64,000 nt of DNA from Bacillus subtilis subsp. subtilis str. 168 (GCF_000009045.1 NC_000964.3:1302001-1366000), one strand, 5' to 3'; positions 20,028-30,186 are shown, counted from the stretch's first letter. Program-made: numbers and translations. The notes: a model not told the origin generated them from the sequence alone.

Positions 20028-20850
20028 AAGCTATCCTTTTCCGACGTATTCAGGGTTGTTGAATTCAGAACATTATGACAAAATTGGCCCGGCGTTATGG
20101 CTGTTTCTCTGGTTTATCAGCTCAACAACAAAAGAAATCGAAAAAGACGGCGTAAGCTGGGGCATCGTACTCGGCCATAAGCCGTTAAAAGCGAGAGAAA
20201 TGGCGGCAGTCTTCGGCGTAAGTGAAAAAACCGTCAGAAGATGGCTGGAGCTTCTCGAAAACCATGATTACATAAAGGCCGTCCGTGCGCCATACGGACT
20301 GATGATTTCGGTCAAGCATTCAAAAAAATTCAGCTTCAGATCGGACAATACTGTACACGGGAGTCTAAAAGAACGGCCATTTTCGCCGCAGACACCGGAC
20401 ACAAACGACCGTACAGATATAGATAAAACAAACAAATATACTGCTGCTGATGATGCAGTGGATCACATTGCGAAGCGGTTTACACAATTACGGTCGGCTC
20501 AAGAAGGACGCACCGTGTATCCTTCCTCAAGAGATTATCAAGCCATCGCCCGCATTGTTGCCATCGGCGTTCCTGTCACGCAAACAATCAAATGGCTTGA
20601 AGAATGCTTTCAGGCTTTTGAAAACCGGCGGACCGCCGCTTCTGAAACAATCAAGGCTTTTCGCTACTGCTCGAAATTCATTGAAGATCGATTTTTCGCG
20701 CAGCAAGCCAAAAAGAATGCCGCAATTCAGCATGAGAGGATGAAAAAACATGACAAAACGAACAATCGAACAGATTTTGGACGAGCTGAGAAGAGGGAGA
20801 CGTCCATTACTGGCGGACAAACCGGCCGAATCAGACGCAAGCAGGTATGA
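20014..20850 (+). CDS. xkdB: Phage replication-initiator-like winged-HTH protein
   Basis: N-terminal HTH (MAAVFGVSEKTVRRWLELLE); precedes a DnaC-like ATPase. Confidence 0.8.
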   Translation: MKNDKSYPFPTYSGLLNSEHYDKIGPALWLFLWFISSTTKEIEKDGVSWGIVLGHKPLKAREMAAVFGVSEKTVRRWLELLENHDYIKAVRAPYGLMISVKHSKKFSFRSDNTVHGSLKERPFSPQTPDTNDRTDIDKTNKYTAADDAVDHIAKRFTQLRSAQEGRTVYPSSRDYQAIARIVAIGVPVTQTIKWLEECFQAFENRRTAASETIKAFRYCSKFIEDRFFAQQAKKNAAIQHERMKKHDKTNNRTDFGRAEKRETSITGGQTGRIRRKQV

Positions 20851-21550
20851 TTGCCTGCGCTGCAAGGATCAGGGAGGTTATCTCGTCAGGCAGAATGGCC
20901 TGGAAGTCTGGACGATGTGCAGCTGCATGGCAGAACGAAAAGTGAAGCGGCTGCTGGGTGCAAGTGAGATTACCCACGCTTTCAGACAGCTCGGCTTCAA
21001 GGAATTCCGCACGGAGGGAAAGCCGCAGGCCATAAAAGACGCATTTGAGTGTACAAAAGAGTATGTTGCCGATTATGAACAAATCAAGGATTGCCGAAAA
21101 AACAGCATTGCCCTTTTAGGACAGCCCGGATCAGGGAAAACACACCTTTTGACCGCCGCAGCCAACGAATTAATGAGAACATGCTATGTGCCTGTCATTT
21201 ATTTTCCGTTCGTGGAAGGCTTTACTGATCTGAAAAATGATTTTGCCCTATTAGAAGCGAAGCTGAACCGGATGAAGCAGGCGGATGTGCTGTTCATTGA
21301 TGATCTGTTTAAACCGGTTAACGGCAAACCCCGCGCTACAGATTGGCAATTAGAGCAAATGTATTCGGTACTCAACTATCGCTACTTAAATCATAAACCG
21401 ATTTTGCTTTCGAGCGAGCTGACAATTGAAGGACTTGTACGGGTCGATGAAGCGCTCGGCACGAGAATCTATGAGATGTGCAGTGACTATTTAGTGATTA
21501 TCAAAGGAGCAGCCTACGAGCTTAACCATAGATTGGAGGGCGTCAGATAA
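20750..21550 (+). CDS. xkdC: DnaC/IstB-like ATPase (helicase-loader type)
   Basis: CxxC...CxC, Walker A GQPGSGKT, Walker B LFIDDL. Confidence 0.88.
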   Translation: MTKRTIEQILDELRRGRRPLLADKPAESDASRYDCLRCKDQGGYLVRQNGLEVWTMCSCMAERKVKRLLGASEITHAFRQLGFKEFRTEGKPQAIKDAFECTKEYVADYEQIKDCRKNSIALLGQPGSGKTHLLTAAANELMRTCYVPVIYFPFVEGFTDLKNDFALLEAKLNRMKQADVLFIDDLFKPVNGKPRATDWQLEQMYSVLNYRYLNHKPILLSSELTIEGLVRVDEALGTRIYEMCSDYLVIIKGAAYELNHRLEGVR

Positions 21551-21717
21551 TGTGTAAGCTTTGTCAAACAAAGAAAGTCATTGTGGAACATACCGGTATT
21601 GGAGTTGTTTTTCATCCATGTCCGAACTGCCGGTCCGGCACTGACTTAACGCCTGTCATTCAAAAGCTGGAGCAAATGCTGACAGCGGGAAAAGCGAGGC
21701 TGAATATCTATGATTAA
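21550..21717 (+). CDS. ykzK: 55-aa zinc-ribbon-like protein (not in ORF track)
   Basis: MCKLC...HPCPNC, two CxxC; start overlaps the xkdC stop, GGAGG upstream. Confidence 0.7.
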   Translation: MCKLCQTKKVIVEHTGIGVVFHPCPNCRSGTDLTPVIQKLEQMLTAGKARLNIYD

Positions 21718-21805
21718 ACAGCTGACTGCTCTAATCGCTTTGCTGTTTCGGGCAAAGCGAACAGAAAAAAACATTGAACAATGGTATAAGGACGACGGGA
21801 AGTGA
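21710..21805 (+). CDS. 31-aa small ORF MIKQLTALIALLFRAKRTEKNIEQWYKDDGK (not in ORF track)
   Basis: Start overlaps the end of ykzK, stop overlaps the xkdD GTG, GAGG upstream. Confidence 0.5.
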   Translation: MIKQLTALIALLFRAKRTEKNIEQWYKDDGK

Positions 21806-22152
21806 AAGTGTTGGCAAAGACAAAACAGGCAGAGAAAAGCCCTGCGCCGTGGCGTGCTGTCCCGTGCGGGGATACGAAACCGATCTATATTTATTCAGCT
21901 TACAGTGAAGAAGAAAAAGAAAGATTTCCGTACTCAAACGGGCGGCTGATTGCAGCTGTATTTGACCTCAGCTCTTATTCGCAAAAAAGCAATGCCTCTT
22001 TGATGGCCGCTGCGCCTGAATTGCTGGAAGCGTCTAAAGCAGCACTTGATTTTCTGAAAGGGAATTCTATTCATTCAAAGGAGCGTATCATTCAGCTATT
22101 AGAAAAAGCTGAAGCAAGCGCTGCACCGAAAAGGGGAGGAAATAAAACATGA
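21802..22152 (+). CDS. xkdD: PBSX early protein of unknown function
   Basis: 116 aa, NA.L.AAAPELLEA motif common in phage proteins. Confidence 0.8.
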   Translation: MKVLAKTKQAEKSPAPWRAVPCGDTKPIYIYSAYSEEEKERFPYSNGRLIAAVFDLSSYSQKSNASLMAAAPELLEASKAALDFLKGNSIHSKERIIQLLEKAEASAAPKRGGNKT

Positions 22153-22355
22153 TTCATCCGAAAAAACTGCTGCATATCGATTCCGTCACGCTTAAGAGCC
22201 AGCTGGAGGACGGGAAAATCCGTGTCATTATTGTGGACGGCATCAAGCAAGAAGCATGGATCACAGAAGCGCCAGAGCATGGAAAAACGCTCGTCGAAAC
22301 AAGAAAGGGCGATCTTGCTCGTGTGGAATTTGAAATCGGCTACAAATTAAATTAA
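22149..22355 (+). CDS. xtrA: XtrA/YqaO-family small phage protein
   Basis: 68 aa, ATGA-coupled to xkdD, GGGAGG SD. Confidence 0.82.
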   Translation: MIHPKKLLHIDSVTLKSQLEDGKIRVIIVDGIKQEAWITEAPEHGKTLVETRKGDLARVEFEIGYKLN

Positions 22356-22390
22356 AGCGAAAACAGAATACGTCCAAGACGGAAAGCCTG

Positions 22391-22446
22391 CGGACACTGA
22401 TCAACTGCACAGCATTTGTGCGTTGATTGGTGTCCGTTTTTTATTT
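22391..22446 (+). terminator. Long terminator-like hairpin between xtrA and xpf
   Basis: 15-bp outer stem (two G-U pairs) plus 5-bp inner stem, then TTTTTTATTT. Confidence 0.7.
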
Positions 22447-22470
22447 GCCAAAAATGAGGAGGATCATAGA

Positions 22471-22980
22471 ATGCAAGACTTACTATTTGAATATAAACGC
22501 ACGCTCAAACAAACAAGAATACAATATAAACCGCTCGCTGAGGCAGATGAATCCGTGCTCTCAGCTGAAGAGCTGAAGGATAAAAAAATCATCAGAAATA
22601 TGATTACTGATCTTGAATATGTAACAGAATGGCTTGAAAAAGGAAGGCAGCCCGGCATCAGACGGGCGATTGACCGGCGTGATGTTTACCAGCGGCTGAT
22701 GATCAAGGACCCGAGAATCATCGAATCATTTTCCAGCGCTATGATGTTTGAGCCGGACGGACAGGTATCAGAAGAAGACAGAGATAGAATTCGAGAAGCA
22801 TTAGCCCTGTTAACGGACAGAGAAAAGGAAATGTTTTTGCTGCATAAGGTAGAATGTTTTTCTTATGAACGGATCGCCGATCTTCTCGGCGTAAAAAAAT
22901 CGACAGTGCAAACGACGATTAAACGGGCGAGTTTAAAGATGCAAAGACAGCAGGAAGAAATGAATCGATCACTTGCCTGA
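22471..22980 (+). CDS. xpf: Sigma-70-like late transcription factor, 169 aa
   Basis: C-terminal sigma region 4 HTH (LTDREKEMF...SYERIADLLGVKKSTVQ); GAGGAGG SD. Confidence 0.9.
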   Translation: MQDLLFEYKRTLKQTRIQYKPLAEADESVLSAEELKDKKIIRNMITDLEYVTEWLEKGRQPGIRRAIDRRDVYQRLMIKDPRIIESFSSAMMFEPDGQVSEEDRDRIREALALLTDREKEMFLLHKVECFSYERIADLLGVKKSTVQTTIKRASLKMQRQQEEMNRSLA

Positions 22981-22990
22981 AAGCTTGTCA

Positions 22991-23013
22991 TACGTTTGCC
23001 ACCTATAAGTGAA
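22991..23013 (+). promoter_or_regulatory. Probable Xpf-dependent late promoter
   Basis: Directly after xpf and before the terminase genes; motif duplicated upstream of xlyB. Confidence 0.6.
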
Positions 23014-23027
23014 TAGAGCATGACACT

Positions 23028-23055
23028 AAGCGGCTGGCTGATCAGCCGCTTTTAT
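23028..23055 (+). terminator. Hairpin in the late-operon leader
   Basis: AAGCGGCTG-GCTGAT-CAGCCGCTT then TTAT; short U tract. Confidence 0.45.
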
Positions 23056-23095
23056 GAATAAACAACCATGCTGGAGGTGGCGGTGATGCAGTAGC

Positions 23096-23893
23096 ATGAA
23101 AACACAACAGCGCGAACAAGCATTAGCAATCTATCAACAACATCAAGGAAAGATCACAAATCGGGCGATTGCGGACACAATCGGTGTTTCCGCGAAAACA
23201 ATCGGCATCTGGAAAAAACAAGACAAATGGAAAGAGGCGCTGTTTTCTGCGTCCAAAAACGAACAAAAACAGCGCCCTATAAACAACGATGAATTAAATG
23301 AACGCCAGCGGCTGTTTTGCCTGTATTACGTCAAAAGCTTCAATGCCACACAGTCAGCAATCAAAGCGGGCTATTCTCCGGACAGCGCTCATGTGACGGG
23401 CAGCCGACTCTTAAAAAACGAAAAGGTCGCTGCTGAAATTAGACGCATTAAAAAAGAAATGGTCAATGAAATGTTTATTGAAGCGATGGATGTGCTGCAG
23501 GTTTATATCAAGATCGCGTTTGCGGATATTACGGACTATGTGACCTTTGGAAAAAAAGAGGTCCAGGCTGTCGGGAAATCGGGTCCGCTGTTTGATGAAG
23601 ATGATAATCCGATTATGAAGGAAATCAGCTTTGTCGATGTCAAAGACTCCGGGCTCGTTGATGGCACCATTGTAACGGAAGCAAAGCTTGGGAAAGAAGG
23701 CATTGCCATCAAGCTTGCAGATAAAATGAAGGCGCTTGAGAAGCTATCCTTATATTTTGATTTGTTTCCAGATCAATTTAAACAAAAAATTGAAAATGAG
23801 AAATTGAAGCTTGCCAAACAAAAAGCGGAGAAAACAGATGACAGCCAGGAGCCGATTGAAATTATGATCAAACGAAAAGAGCGCAAGTCATGA
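23096..23893 (+). CDS. xtmA: Terminase small subunit
   Basis: N-terminal [13 protein letters not shown]...[13 protein letters not shown] terminase-small motif. Confidence 0.93.
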   Translation: MKTQQREQALAIYQQHQGKITNRAIADTIGVSAKTIGIWKKQDKWKEALFSASKNEQKQRPINNDELNERQRLFCLYYVKSFNATQSAIKAGYSPDSAHVTGSRLLKNEKVAAEIRRIKKEMVNEMFIEAMDVLQVYIKIAFADITDYVTFGKKEVQAVGKSGPLFDEDDNPIMKEISFVDVKDSGLVDGTIVTEAKLGKEGIAIKLADKMKALEKLSLYFDLFPDQFKQKIENEKLKLAKQKAEKTDDSQEPIEIMIKRKERKS

Positions 23894-25191
23894 TTGTAAA
23901 AGAAATCAACCCTCATTTCGAAGATTACGTGTTCAATTGGGAGCAGACGTACCAGTTTCTTGTCGGCGGCTACGGCTCATCCAAAAGCTATCATACCGCA
24001 TTGAAAATCGTGCTAAAGCTGCTGAAGGAAAAACGGACGGCCCTTGTGATCCGGGAGGTGTTCGATACCCATCGGGATTCGACCTTCGCCTTGTTTCAAG
24101 AGGTGATCGAAGAGCTCGGTCTCACAAAGGCCGTGGCATCTCTTTCTTCCCCGCTGCAGCTGCGATTTCACAATGGCAGCCGGATCATGTTCAAAGGAAT
24201 GGACAATCCGGCAAAATTAAAATCGGTTCATAACATTTCATTAATATGGATTGAAGAGTGCTCAGAGGTGAAGTATGAGGGGTTCAAGGAGTTAATCGGA
24301 CGTCTTCGCCATCCTGAGCTAAAGCTTCATATGATCTGTACCACCAATCCCGTCGGCACCTCCAATTGGACGTATAGGCATTTTTTTCGGGATGAACGCA
24401 AGAAACGGTTTGTGCTGGATGACAGCGAACTTTACGAAAAGCGGACGATTGTAAAGGGAGATACGTATTACCATCATTCCACCGCTAACGACAATCTTTT
24501 TCTCCCGGAAAGCTATGTGAAACAGCTTGACGGACTCAAAGAGTATGATCCCGACCTGTACCGGATTGCCCGAAAAGGACGATTCGGCGTCAACGGGATC
24601 AGGGTGCTGCCGCAGTTCGAGGTACTCCCGCATGATCAAGTGAAAAAATGTATCGCAGCCATCAGCAAACCAATCTTTCGTACAGGTATGGATTTTGGAT
24701 TCGAGGAATCCTATAATGCCGTCGTCCGGCTTGCTGTAGATCCTGAAAAAAAATACCTCTACATTTATTGGGAGTATTATCAAAATAAAATGACAGATGA
24801 TAGGACGGCTGAGGAGCTGCGTGAGTTTATTGAGACACAGGAATTGATCAAAGCCGACTCGGCTGAGCCGAAAAGCATTCAATATTTCCGCCAGCAGGGC
24901 TTTCGGATGGTTGGAGCCAGAAAGTTTCCCGGCTCCAGGCTTCAATATACCAAAAAGGTAAAACGGTTCAAAAAAATCTTCTGTTCGGACCGCTGTGAAA
25001 ATGTCATCTATGAGCTCGAGACACTTACGTATGCCAAAGATAAAAACGGAGCTCTGATTGAGGATGAATTCACGATTGACCCGCATACGCTTTCTGCCAT
25101 TTGGTATGCGCTTGATGATTATGAGGTTGCTGATATGAAAGAGACAGCACACAAACGAATGCGGCCGAACCGAGAAAGGAGGAGGTCATAA
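23890..25191 (+). CDS. xtmB: Terminase large subunit (PBSX/SPP1 type)
   Basis: GGYGSSKS Walker A, WIEE Walker B, TTNP, nuclease GMDFG and C-terminal H.LSA.WYA. Confidence 0.95.
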   Translation: MIVKEINPHFEDYVFNWEQTYQFLVGGYGSSKSYHTALKIVLKLLKEKRTALVIREVFDTHRDSTFALFQEVIEELGLTKAVASLSSPLQLRFHNGSRIMFKGMDNPAKLKSVHNISLIWIEECSEVKYEGFKELIGRLRHPELKLHMICTTNPVGTSNWTYRHFFRDERKKRFVLDDSELYEKRTIVKGDTYYHHSTANDNLFLPESYVKQLDGLKEYDPDLYRIARKGRFGVNGIRVLPQFEVLPHDQVKKCIAAISKPIFRTGMDFGFEESYNAVVRLAVDPEKKYLYIYWEYYQNKMTDDRTAEELREFIETQELIKADSAEPKSIQYFRQQGFRMVGARKFPGSRLQYTKKVKRFKKIFCSDRCENVIYELETLTYAKDKNGALIEDEFTIDPHTLSAIWYALDDYEVADMKETAHKRMRPNRERRRS

Positions 25192-25194
25192 ATC

Positions 25195-26682
25195 ATGCAC
25201 AACCAAACAGTCAGAGCAACTGTATTTAAAGCCAATGCCGCGGCTCCTCAGACAAAGCAAATCTATGAAGATGACTTTTCTGAGCTGTACGGAGAGGACA
25301 TTATTGCTCCGCCCTATAATATCATCGAGCTCAAAACCATTGCCGAATACTCGACCATTCTTCAGCAATGCATTGATGCGTACAGAGTGAATATTACAGG
25401 CTTTGGATTCGATGTTGAGTACACATTTGATGTCAACGCAAGTGATGTCGATCAGGCAAAAAAGAAAAGAGCGGAAAAAGACTGGGCCAGACTCGAAGCC
25501 TTTTATAAATGTCTTCACTTTGATGAATCAGCTGAAATGATTTTAGGCTATGCCATCGAAGACAGAGAAAAAACAGGCAACGGATTTATGGAAGTGCTTC
25601 GCGACGGGGCGGGAAAACCTGCCGGCATCGAATATTTAGATGTGAAATATATGCGTGTATGCGGAGCAGGCGAGCCTGTAGAGGTTTCATTTGTATATGA
25701 AGAAAACGGGAAAATGAAAAGGATCAAAAGGCAAAAACGCTTCCGAAAATATGTGCAGATGATCAATGGAAAGAAAGTATTTTTTAAAGAATACGGCGAT
25801 CCGCGAAAAATGGATATTCGCACAGGTGAATATGTAAACACATTGGCAGAGAAGTATCAAGCAAATGAAGCCATTCACCTCAAAATCGGAAGCGGCGTAT
25901 ACGGTGTACCCCGCTGGATCGGCAATATTGTCAATTTATACGGGGCCCGAAAAGCAGAAGAGCTCAATTTTATGTATTTTAAGCAGGGGCGTCACGTCCC
26001 CGCTGCGATTACAGTGGAAAACGGGATGCTGTCTGAAGCTTCTTACCGGGAGCTGCAGGAATACATGAATGATCTTGAAGGCGTGGAGAACGCCCATAAA
26101 TTTCTCCTGATCGAAGCGGAAGGAATCGCAAAAGAAAAGGATCTCCACGGAGGCGAGGATATTACGCCGGTTTCCGTGGAAATCAAATCTTTGGCTGAAA
26201 TTCTCCAAAACGACGCCTTGTTTCTTGAATACGATGAAAAAAGCAGAAATAAGCTGCGTTCCGCGTTCCGTCTCCCCCCGCTGTATACAGGCGAGGCCCA
26301 GGAATACAACCGGGCGACAGCGGATACTGCTAGAAAAATTACGGAGGAGCAGGTTTTTCAGCCGGAGCGAAAAACTCTCGTGAATAAACTGAACACGCTG
26401 CTTTTGCCGGAGCTGAATATCCATGACGTCAGGCTGACATTAAAAGGACCGGACTTTCGTGATCCGCTTGAGATTGCGAAGGTGCTCGGTCCTTTTATTA
26501 CAGCCGGAGCAGTCTCGCCGAATGATTTACGCGACCTTGCCGGACGGGTGCTTGGCAAAACACTTGAGGAGTGGCCGGAGGACATTTATAAACGGCCTGC
26601 AGGACAGGATGCGGAAAAGACAAACCTGGCTGCGCTCATGCAGGAGCTGAAAGAAAGCATCGAAGATATCAAAACGTCCTGA
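25195..26682 (+). CDS. xkdE: Portal protein
   Basis: 495 aa directly after the terminase; PBSX-type portal. Confidence 0.88.
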   Translation: MHNQTVRATVFKANAAAPQTKQIYEDDFSELYGEDIIAPPYNIIELKTIAEYSTILQQCIDAYRVNITGFGFDVEYTFDVNASDVDQAKKKRAEKDWARLEAFYKCLHFDESAEMILGYAIEDREKTGNGFMEVLRDGAGKPAGIEYLDVKYMRVCGAGEPVEVSFVYEENGKMKRIKRQKRFRKYVQMINGKKVFFKEYGDPRKMDIRTGEYVNTLAEKYQANEAIHLKIGSGVYGVPRWIGNIVNLYGARKAEELNFMYFKQGRHVPAAITVENGMLSEASYRELQEYMNDLEGVENAHKFLLIEAEGIAKEKDLHGGEDITPVSVEIKSLAEILQNDALFLEYDEKSRNKLRSAFRLPPLYTGEAQEYNRATADTARKITEEQVFQPERKTLVNKLNTLLLPELNIHDVRLTLKGPDFRDPLEIAKVLGPFITAGAVSPNDLRDLAGRVLGKTLEEWPEDIYKRPAGQDAEKTNLAALMQELKESIEDIKTS

Positions 26683-26701
26683 AGGGAGGTGAATCAAGCA
26701 G

Positions 26702-27529
26702 GTGGCGCGAGAATTAAGAAATGCCAAAATCAGCTTTGTCAGTTATGTGGACAAGGCGGCTAACCAGACAGAATTTTTCTTTACGAAGTCAGCCGAACCT
26801 CCGTCATTTGAAAAAAAGGTTCGGCTGTTTACAAAAAGTGAGCAGGATGAACAAAAGCTCGTGTACGGAATCGTGTATGAGCCTGATGTTCCTGATGCCC
26901 ACGGCGATTTTATGACCGCCGAGGAAATTGAAAAAGCGGCGCACGGTTTTCTCGCGGAGGCACGGGAGATTGATATCAATCACAGCTTTGAGGGCGGAAC
27001 CGGCGTCGTGGTCGAGTCCTATGTGGCGCCCGATGATTTTATGATCGGATCAAAGCGGATTACAAAGGGCTCATGGGTACTCGTGACAAGAGCGTCTGAC
27101 GAGGTGTGGGAACAGATTAAGGCTGGAATTATCACCGGCTACAGCATGGCTGGCACTGCAGATGTGTATGAAGAAGAACCGGTCGAAAAAGCAGGGTTCT
27201 TTAGTGTATTCAAGCAAATGCTTGCTGACAAAACAGGGAAGGAGACTGAAGAAATGAGAAAAGAAGACATGAAAGAATCATTCGAGCATGCGCTTTACCC
27301 TCTGCTCAAACGGCTTGAGCGGATTGAAAAAAACACAGACACGGAGGAAAAGCCGGAGCAGACGGGTGATGACGAGCGTCTGAAAAAGCTCGTTGAAGAC
27401 ATGCTTGCCCCGCTGATCGAACGCATCGAGGCTTTGGAAAAAGCGCGAGGCGCGTCTAAGCAGACAGCGGACGATACGGGCGGCAATACAGAGCAAGTCA
27501 AAAAATCAATCTGGAGCGGACTGCTGTAA
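26702..27529 (+). CDS. xkdF: Prohead protease/scaffold-like protein
   Basis: VYG.VY.P...DAHGD, H, and GYSMAG motif; charged C-terminal scaffold-like region. Confidence 0.8.
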   Translation: MARELRNAKISFVSYVDKAANQTEFFFTKSAEPPSFEKKVRLFTKSEQDEQKLVYGIVYEPDVPDAHGDFMTAEEIEKAAHGFLAEAREIDINHSFEGGTGVVVESYVAPDDFMIGSKRITKGSWVLVTRASDEVWEQIKAGIITGYSMAGTADVYEEEPVEKAGFFSVFKQMLADKTGKETEEMRKEDMKESFEHALYPLLKRLERIEKNTDTEEKPEQTGDDERLKKLVEDMLAPLIERIEALEKARGASKQTADDTGGNTEQVKKSIWSGLL

Positions 27530-27554
27530 AACCAGTCAAGGAGGAGGAAATCAA

Positions 27555-28490
27555 TTGAGAAATCAAGAGATCATTCGGAAAGCGGAAATGTCGCTTTCTG
27601 CTTTAAAAAGCGGCGGGCTTATGAACCCTGCGCAAGCATCGGCTTTTATCCGCATGGTGCAAAACACGCCGACCATTTTCAGTGAATCCCGCGTGATTCA
27701 AATGGAAAACGATTCGCAAAAATTTGAAAAAATCGGCTTCGGCCAGCGTATTCTGCGGGCTGCGCAAGAAGGAAAAGCACTGTCAAACGACGAGCTGACA
27801 GTTCCAACGACAAGCACTGTCCAGCTGAACACGAAGGAAGTCATTGCGGAAATCAACATTACGTATGACACACTTGAAAACAATATTGAAAAAGACGGCC
27901 TGCAGCAGACAATCATGCAAATTTTAGCAGAGCGCGCAGCAGTTGATATTGAAGAGCTGATCGTTAACGGCGATACAGCATCAGCTGATCCGTATCTGGC
28001 ACAGCTGGACGGCATCCGTAAACAGGCGGTTTCCCATATCGTTGACATGAACGGTGAAGAACTGTCCAGAGCGACATTCAAGAAGGGCTTAAAGGCAGTT
28101 CCGCCGAAATATTTGCGCATCCCTCAGGAATTCAGATTCTATACGTCTCACGGCTTAGAAGTTGAATGGAAGGACCGCGTGGCAGACCGCCAGACAAACC
28201 TTGGGGACCAAGCTGTTCAGGGCGGCTTGTCAACAGCATTCGGCGTACCGGTCAAAGGGGTATCCAATATTCAGCCGTACACAGTCGGTGAGGGAGACGC
28301 GCAATATGACGCTTCTGATATCATTCTCACACATCCGAAAAATATCATTCTCGGCTTCTCCCGCAATATCCGAATTGAAGTCGACAAAGACATCCGCTCC
28401 CGTAAATTCATTATTGTCTTAACGGCCAAGCTGGACAGCAAGTTCGAGGAAGAGGATGCCTGCGCGAAATTAATTAACGTAAAAGAATAA
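27555..28490 (+). CDS. xkdG: Major capsid protein
   Basis: 311 aa, GG.MNP, E.....NGD motif of HK97-fold capsids. Confidence 0.88.
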
Positions 28491-28511
28491 TAGAAACGAG
28501 GTGGTCAGCTC

Positions 28512-28895
28512 ATGCTCATTGAACCGACTGACGTAGCTTCCTATTCGGTCTATGATCGGGTGAAAAACAGGCCGGAAGAGCTGCTGGCGCAGGATATCAT
28601 CGAGGCGGAAGCAGAAGCGGCTCTCATCACGGGCCACCGCTTTGAAGACAGCTTGTATGATCCGCTGCCCGGCAAGGTGAAGTTGGCTTTAGTAAAGCTT
28701 GCCCAGTATTTTGCGCTTGTCAACAGCGATGAATCTGCCTCATCAAGCTATCAGTATGAGAAAATGGGGGATTATTCCTACACGGTTTCCGGAGAAGGCA
28801 GGATTCAGCGGCCTGAGGTGTATCATTTGCTCGAAGAGTTTATTAAGCCGGGCTACGTCCCTGAATCCTCCAGACTGAAGGTGAGATCTTTATGA
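28512..28895 (+). CDS. ykzL: Head-tail connector (gp15/gp6-like)
   Basis: 127 aa after capsid, E..GDYSYT motif. Confidence 0.7.
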   Translation: MLIEPTDVASYSVYDRVKNRPEELLAQDIIEAEAEAALITGHRFEDSLYDPLPGKVKLALVKLAQYFALVNSDESASSSYQYEKMGDYSYTVSGEGRIQRPEVYHLLEEFIKPGYVPESSRLKVRSL

Positions 28896-29248
28896 GCTAC
28901 AGGCAGATGCTCATTCACCGCTGCGATATTTATCATGAAGCAGCGCAAGCGCCGTCTGCAGGCCGATTTGGGATTCCGGCAGACAGGCTGCAGCCGGTGA
29001 TTTCATATCCGGATACACCCGATGAACAAGATGTCCCTTGTTATTTTACCGAAAAAACACAGCAGCTGATTCAGGAGGAGCCGGATCAAACTGTATATCA
29101 TAGCTTTCTCGTCCATTTTCCGTTGTCAGCGGACATCCGCGTGAACGATAAAATCATTTGGGAGAATCATAAATATATACTAAAGCTGCCGAAAAGGATC
29201 AGACATCATCATTGGGAGGTCGTCGCAGTCAGGGATGAAAGCCTATGA
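28892..29248 (+). CDS. xkdH: Head-tail adaptor/closure protein
   Basis: 118 aa, neck-module position. Confidence 0.75.
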   Translation: MSYRQMLIHRCDIYHEAAQAPSAGRFGIPADRLQPVISYPDTPDEQDVPCYFTEKTQQLIQEEPDQTVYHSFLVHFPLSADIRVNDKIIWENHKYILKLPKRIRHHHWEVVAVRDESL

Positions 29249-29730
29249 AAATAGCGGGATTGAAACAGCTGAACACGGCATTAAAAGAAGCGGCTTCAGG
29301 CGGTTTTTCCAGACAGGCGTCCCGGTGGCTTGAGGAGTGCGGGCAAGATTTTCTAGAGATCGTCCAATCTGAACTCATCAGCACACAAACGATTGATACA
29401 GAAAAACTGCTCAGTTCCTTTGAGAAAGGCGCAGAGGACAATCTCTGGATTGTGCAAAGCGGCGGGCTTTCGCTTGAGGTGGGGACACAGCTTGATTACG
29501 CCTCATTTCTTAATGACGGCCATTGGACGTCAAAACAAGATGTGAGATGGGTGCCGGGGCGTTTTCAAGGCTCACGGTTTATTTATGATCCAGCGGCTTC
29601 AACGGGAATGGCGCTCAAGAGAAAATGGATACCGGGCACGGGCTACTGGGATCATGCACTGCTTTTATATGAACAGCTGTTTGAAAAATCGCTGGAAAGC
29701 AAACTGCGCCAGTGGCTGAAGAAGCTGTAA
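29245..29730 (+). CDS. xkdI: HK97 gp10-like neck protein
   Basis: DTEKLLSS, YA...NDGH motifs. Confidence 0.78.
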   Translation: MKIAGLKQLNTALKEAASGGFSRQASRWLEECGQDFLEIVQSELISTQTIDTEKLLSSFEKGAEDNLWIVQSGGLSLEVGTQLDYASFLNDGHWTSKQDVRWVPGRFQGSRFIYDPAASTGMALKRKWIPGTGYWDHALLLYEQLFEKSLESKLRQWLKKL

Positions 29731-29742
29731 AGGAGGAGCAGG

Positions 29743-30183
29743 ATGAACAGTGAAACAGGATCGATCATGGCGTTTTTGTACAGCCGGTGGTCTGTTCCCA
29801 TTTATGAACGCGAGCTTCCTGATCACTTTCAGGTGCCGTCGTTATATGTCCCGCCACCATCTGTTTTCGAGGAAACAGATACGGTCTCCACATTTAAAAA
29901 AACCTACAGTCTCAATGTGAAACTGTTTCATCTGGACTCCGTTCAGGCGCTGGATGAAGCGGACAGGCTCGCGGATGCCATCAGAGAAGCGAGAAATATG
30001 ATTCCGCTGCTGAGTGAATCCGGCGAGAAGACGGGGGATATGGTTCGCATCTCCCAAATCGAGACAAGGGTAGGGGACAGGGGCGAGGCGGCCATGGTGA
30101 TCAGGTGGAGCAGCAGATATTATTATCACAAAACAGAACAGCCTGTCTTACAGGATATCGACATGAACAGCGGGGTGAAATAA
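29743..30183 (+). CDS. xkdJ: Tail terminator-like protein
   Basis: 146 aa, immediately before the sheath module. Confidence 0.7.
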   Translation: MNSETGSIMAFLYSRWSVPIYERELPDHFQVPSLYVPPPSVFEETDTVSTFKKTYSLNVKLFHLDSVQALDEADRLADAIREARNMIPLLSESGEKTGDMVRISQIETRVGDRGEAAMVIRWSSRYYYHKTEQPVLQDIDMNSGVK

Positions 30184-30186
30184 ACG

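Noticed and set aside
26685-26704. In-frame ATC upstream of the xkdF GTG as a second non-canonical start
   Set aside because: Only 3 nt separate GGAGG from the ATC, too close for initiation; the GTG at 12 nt is more plausible
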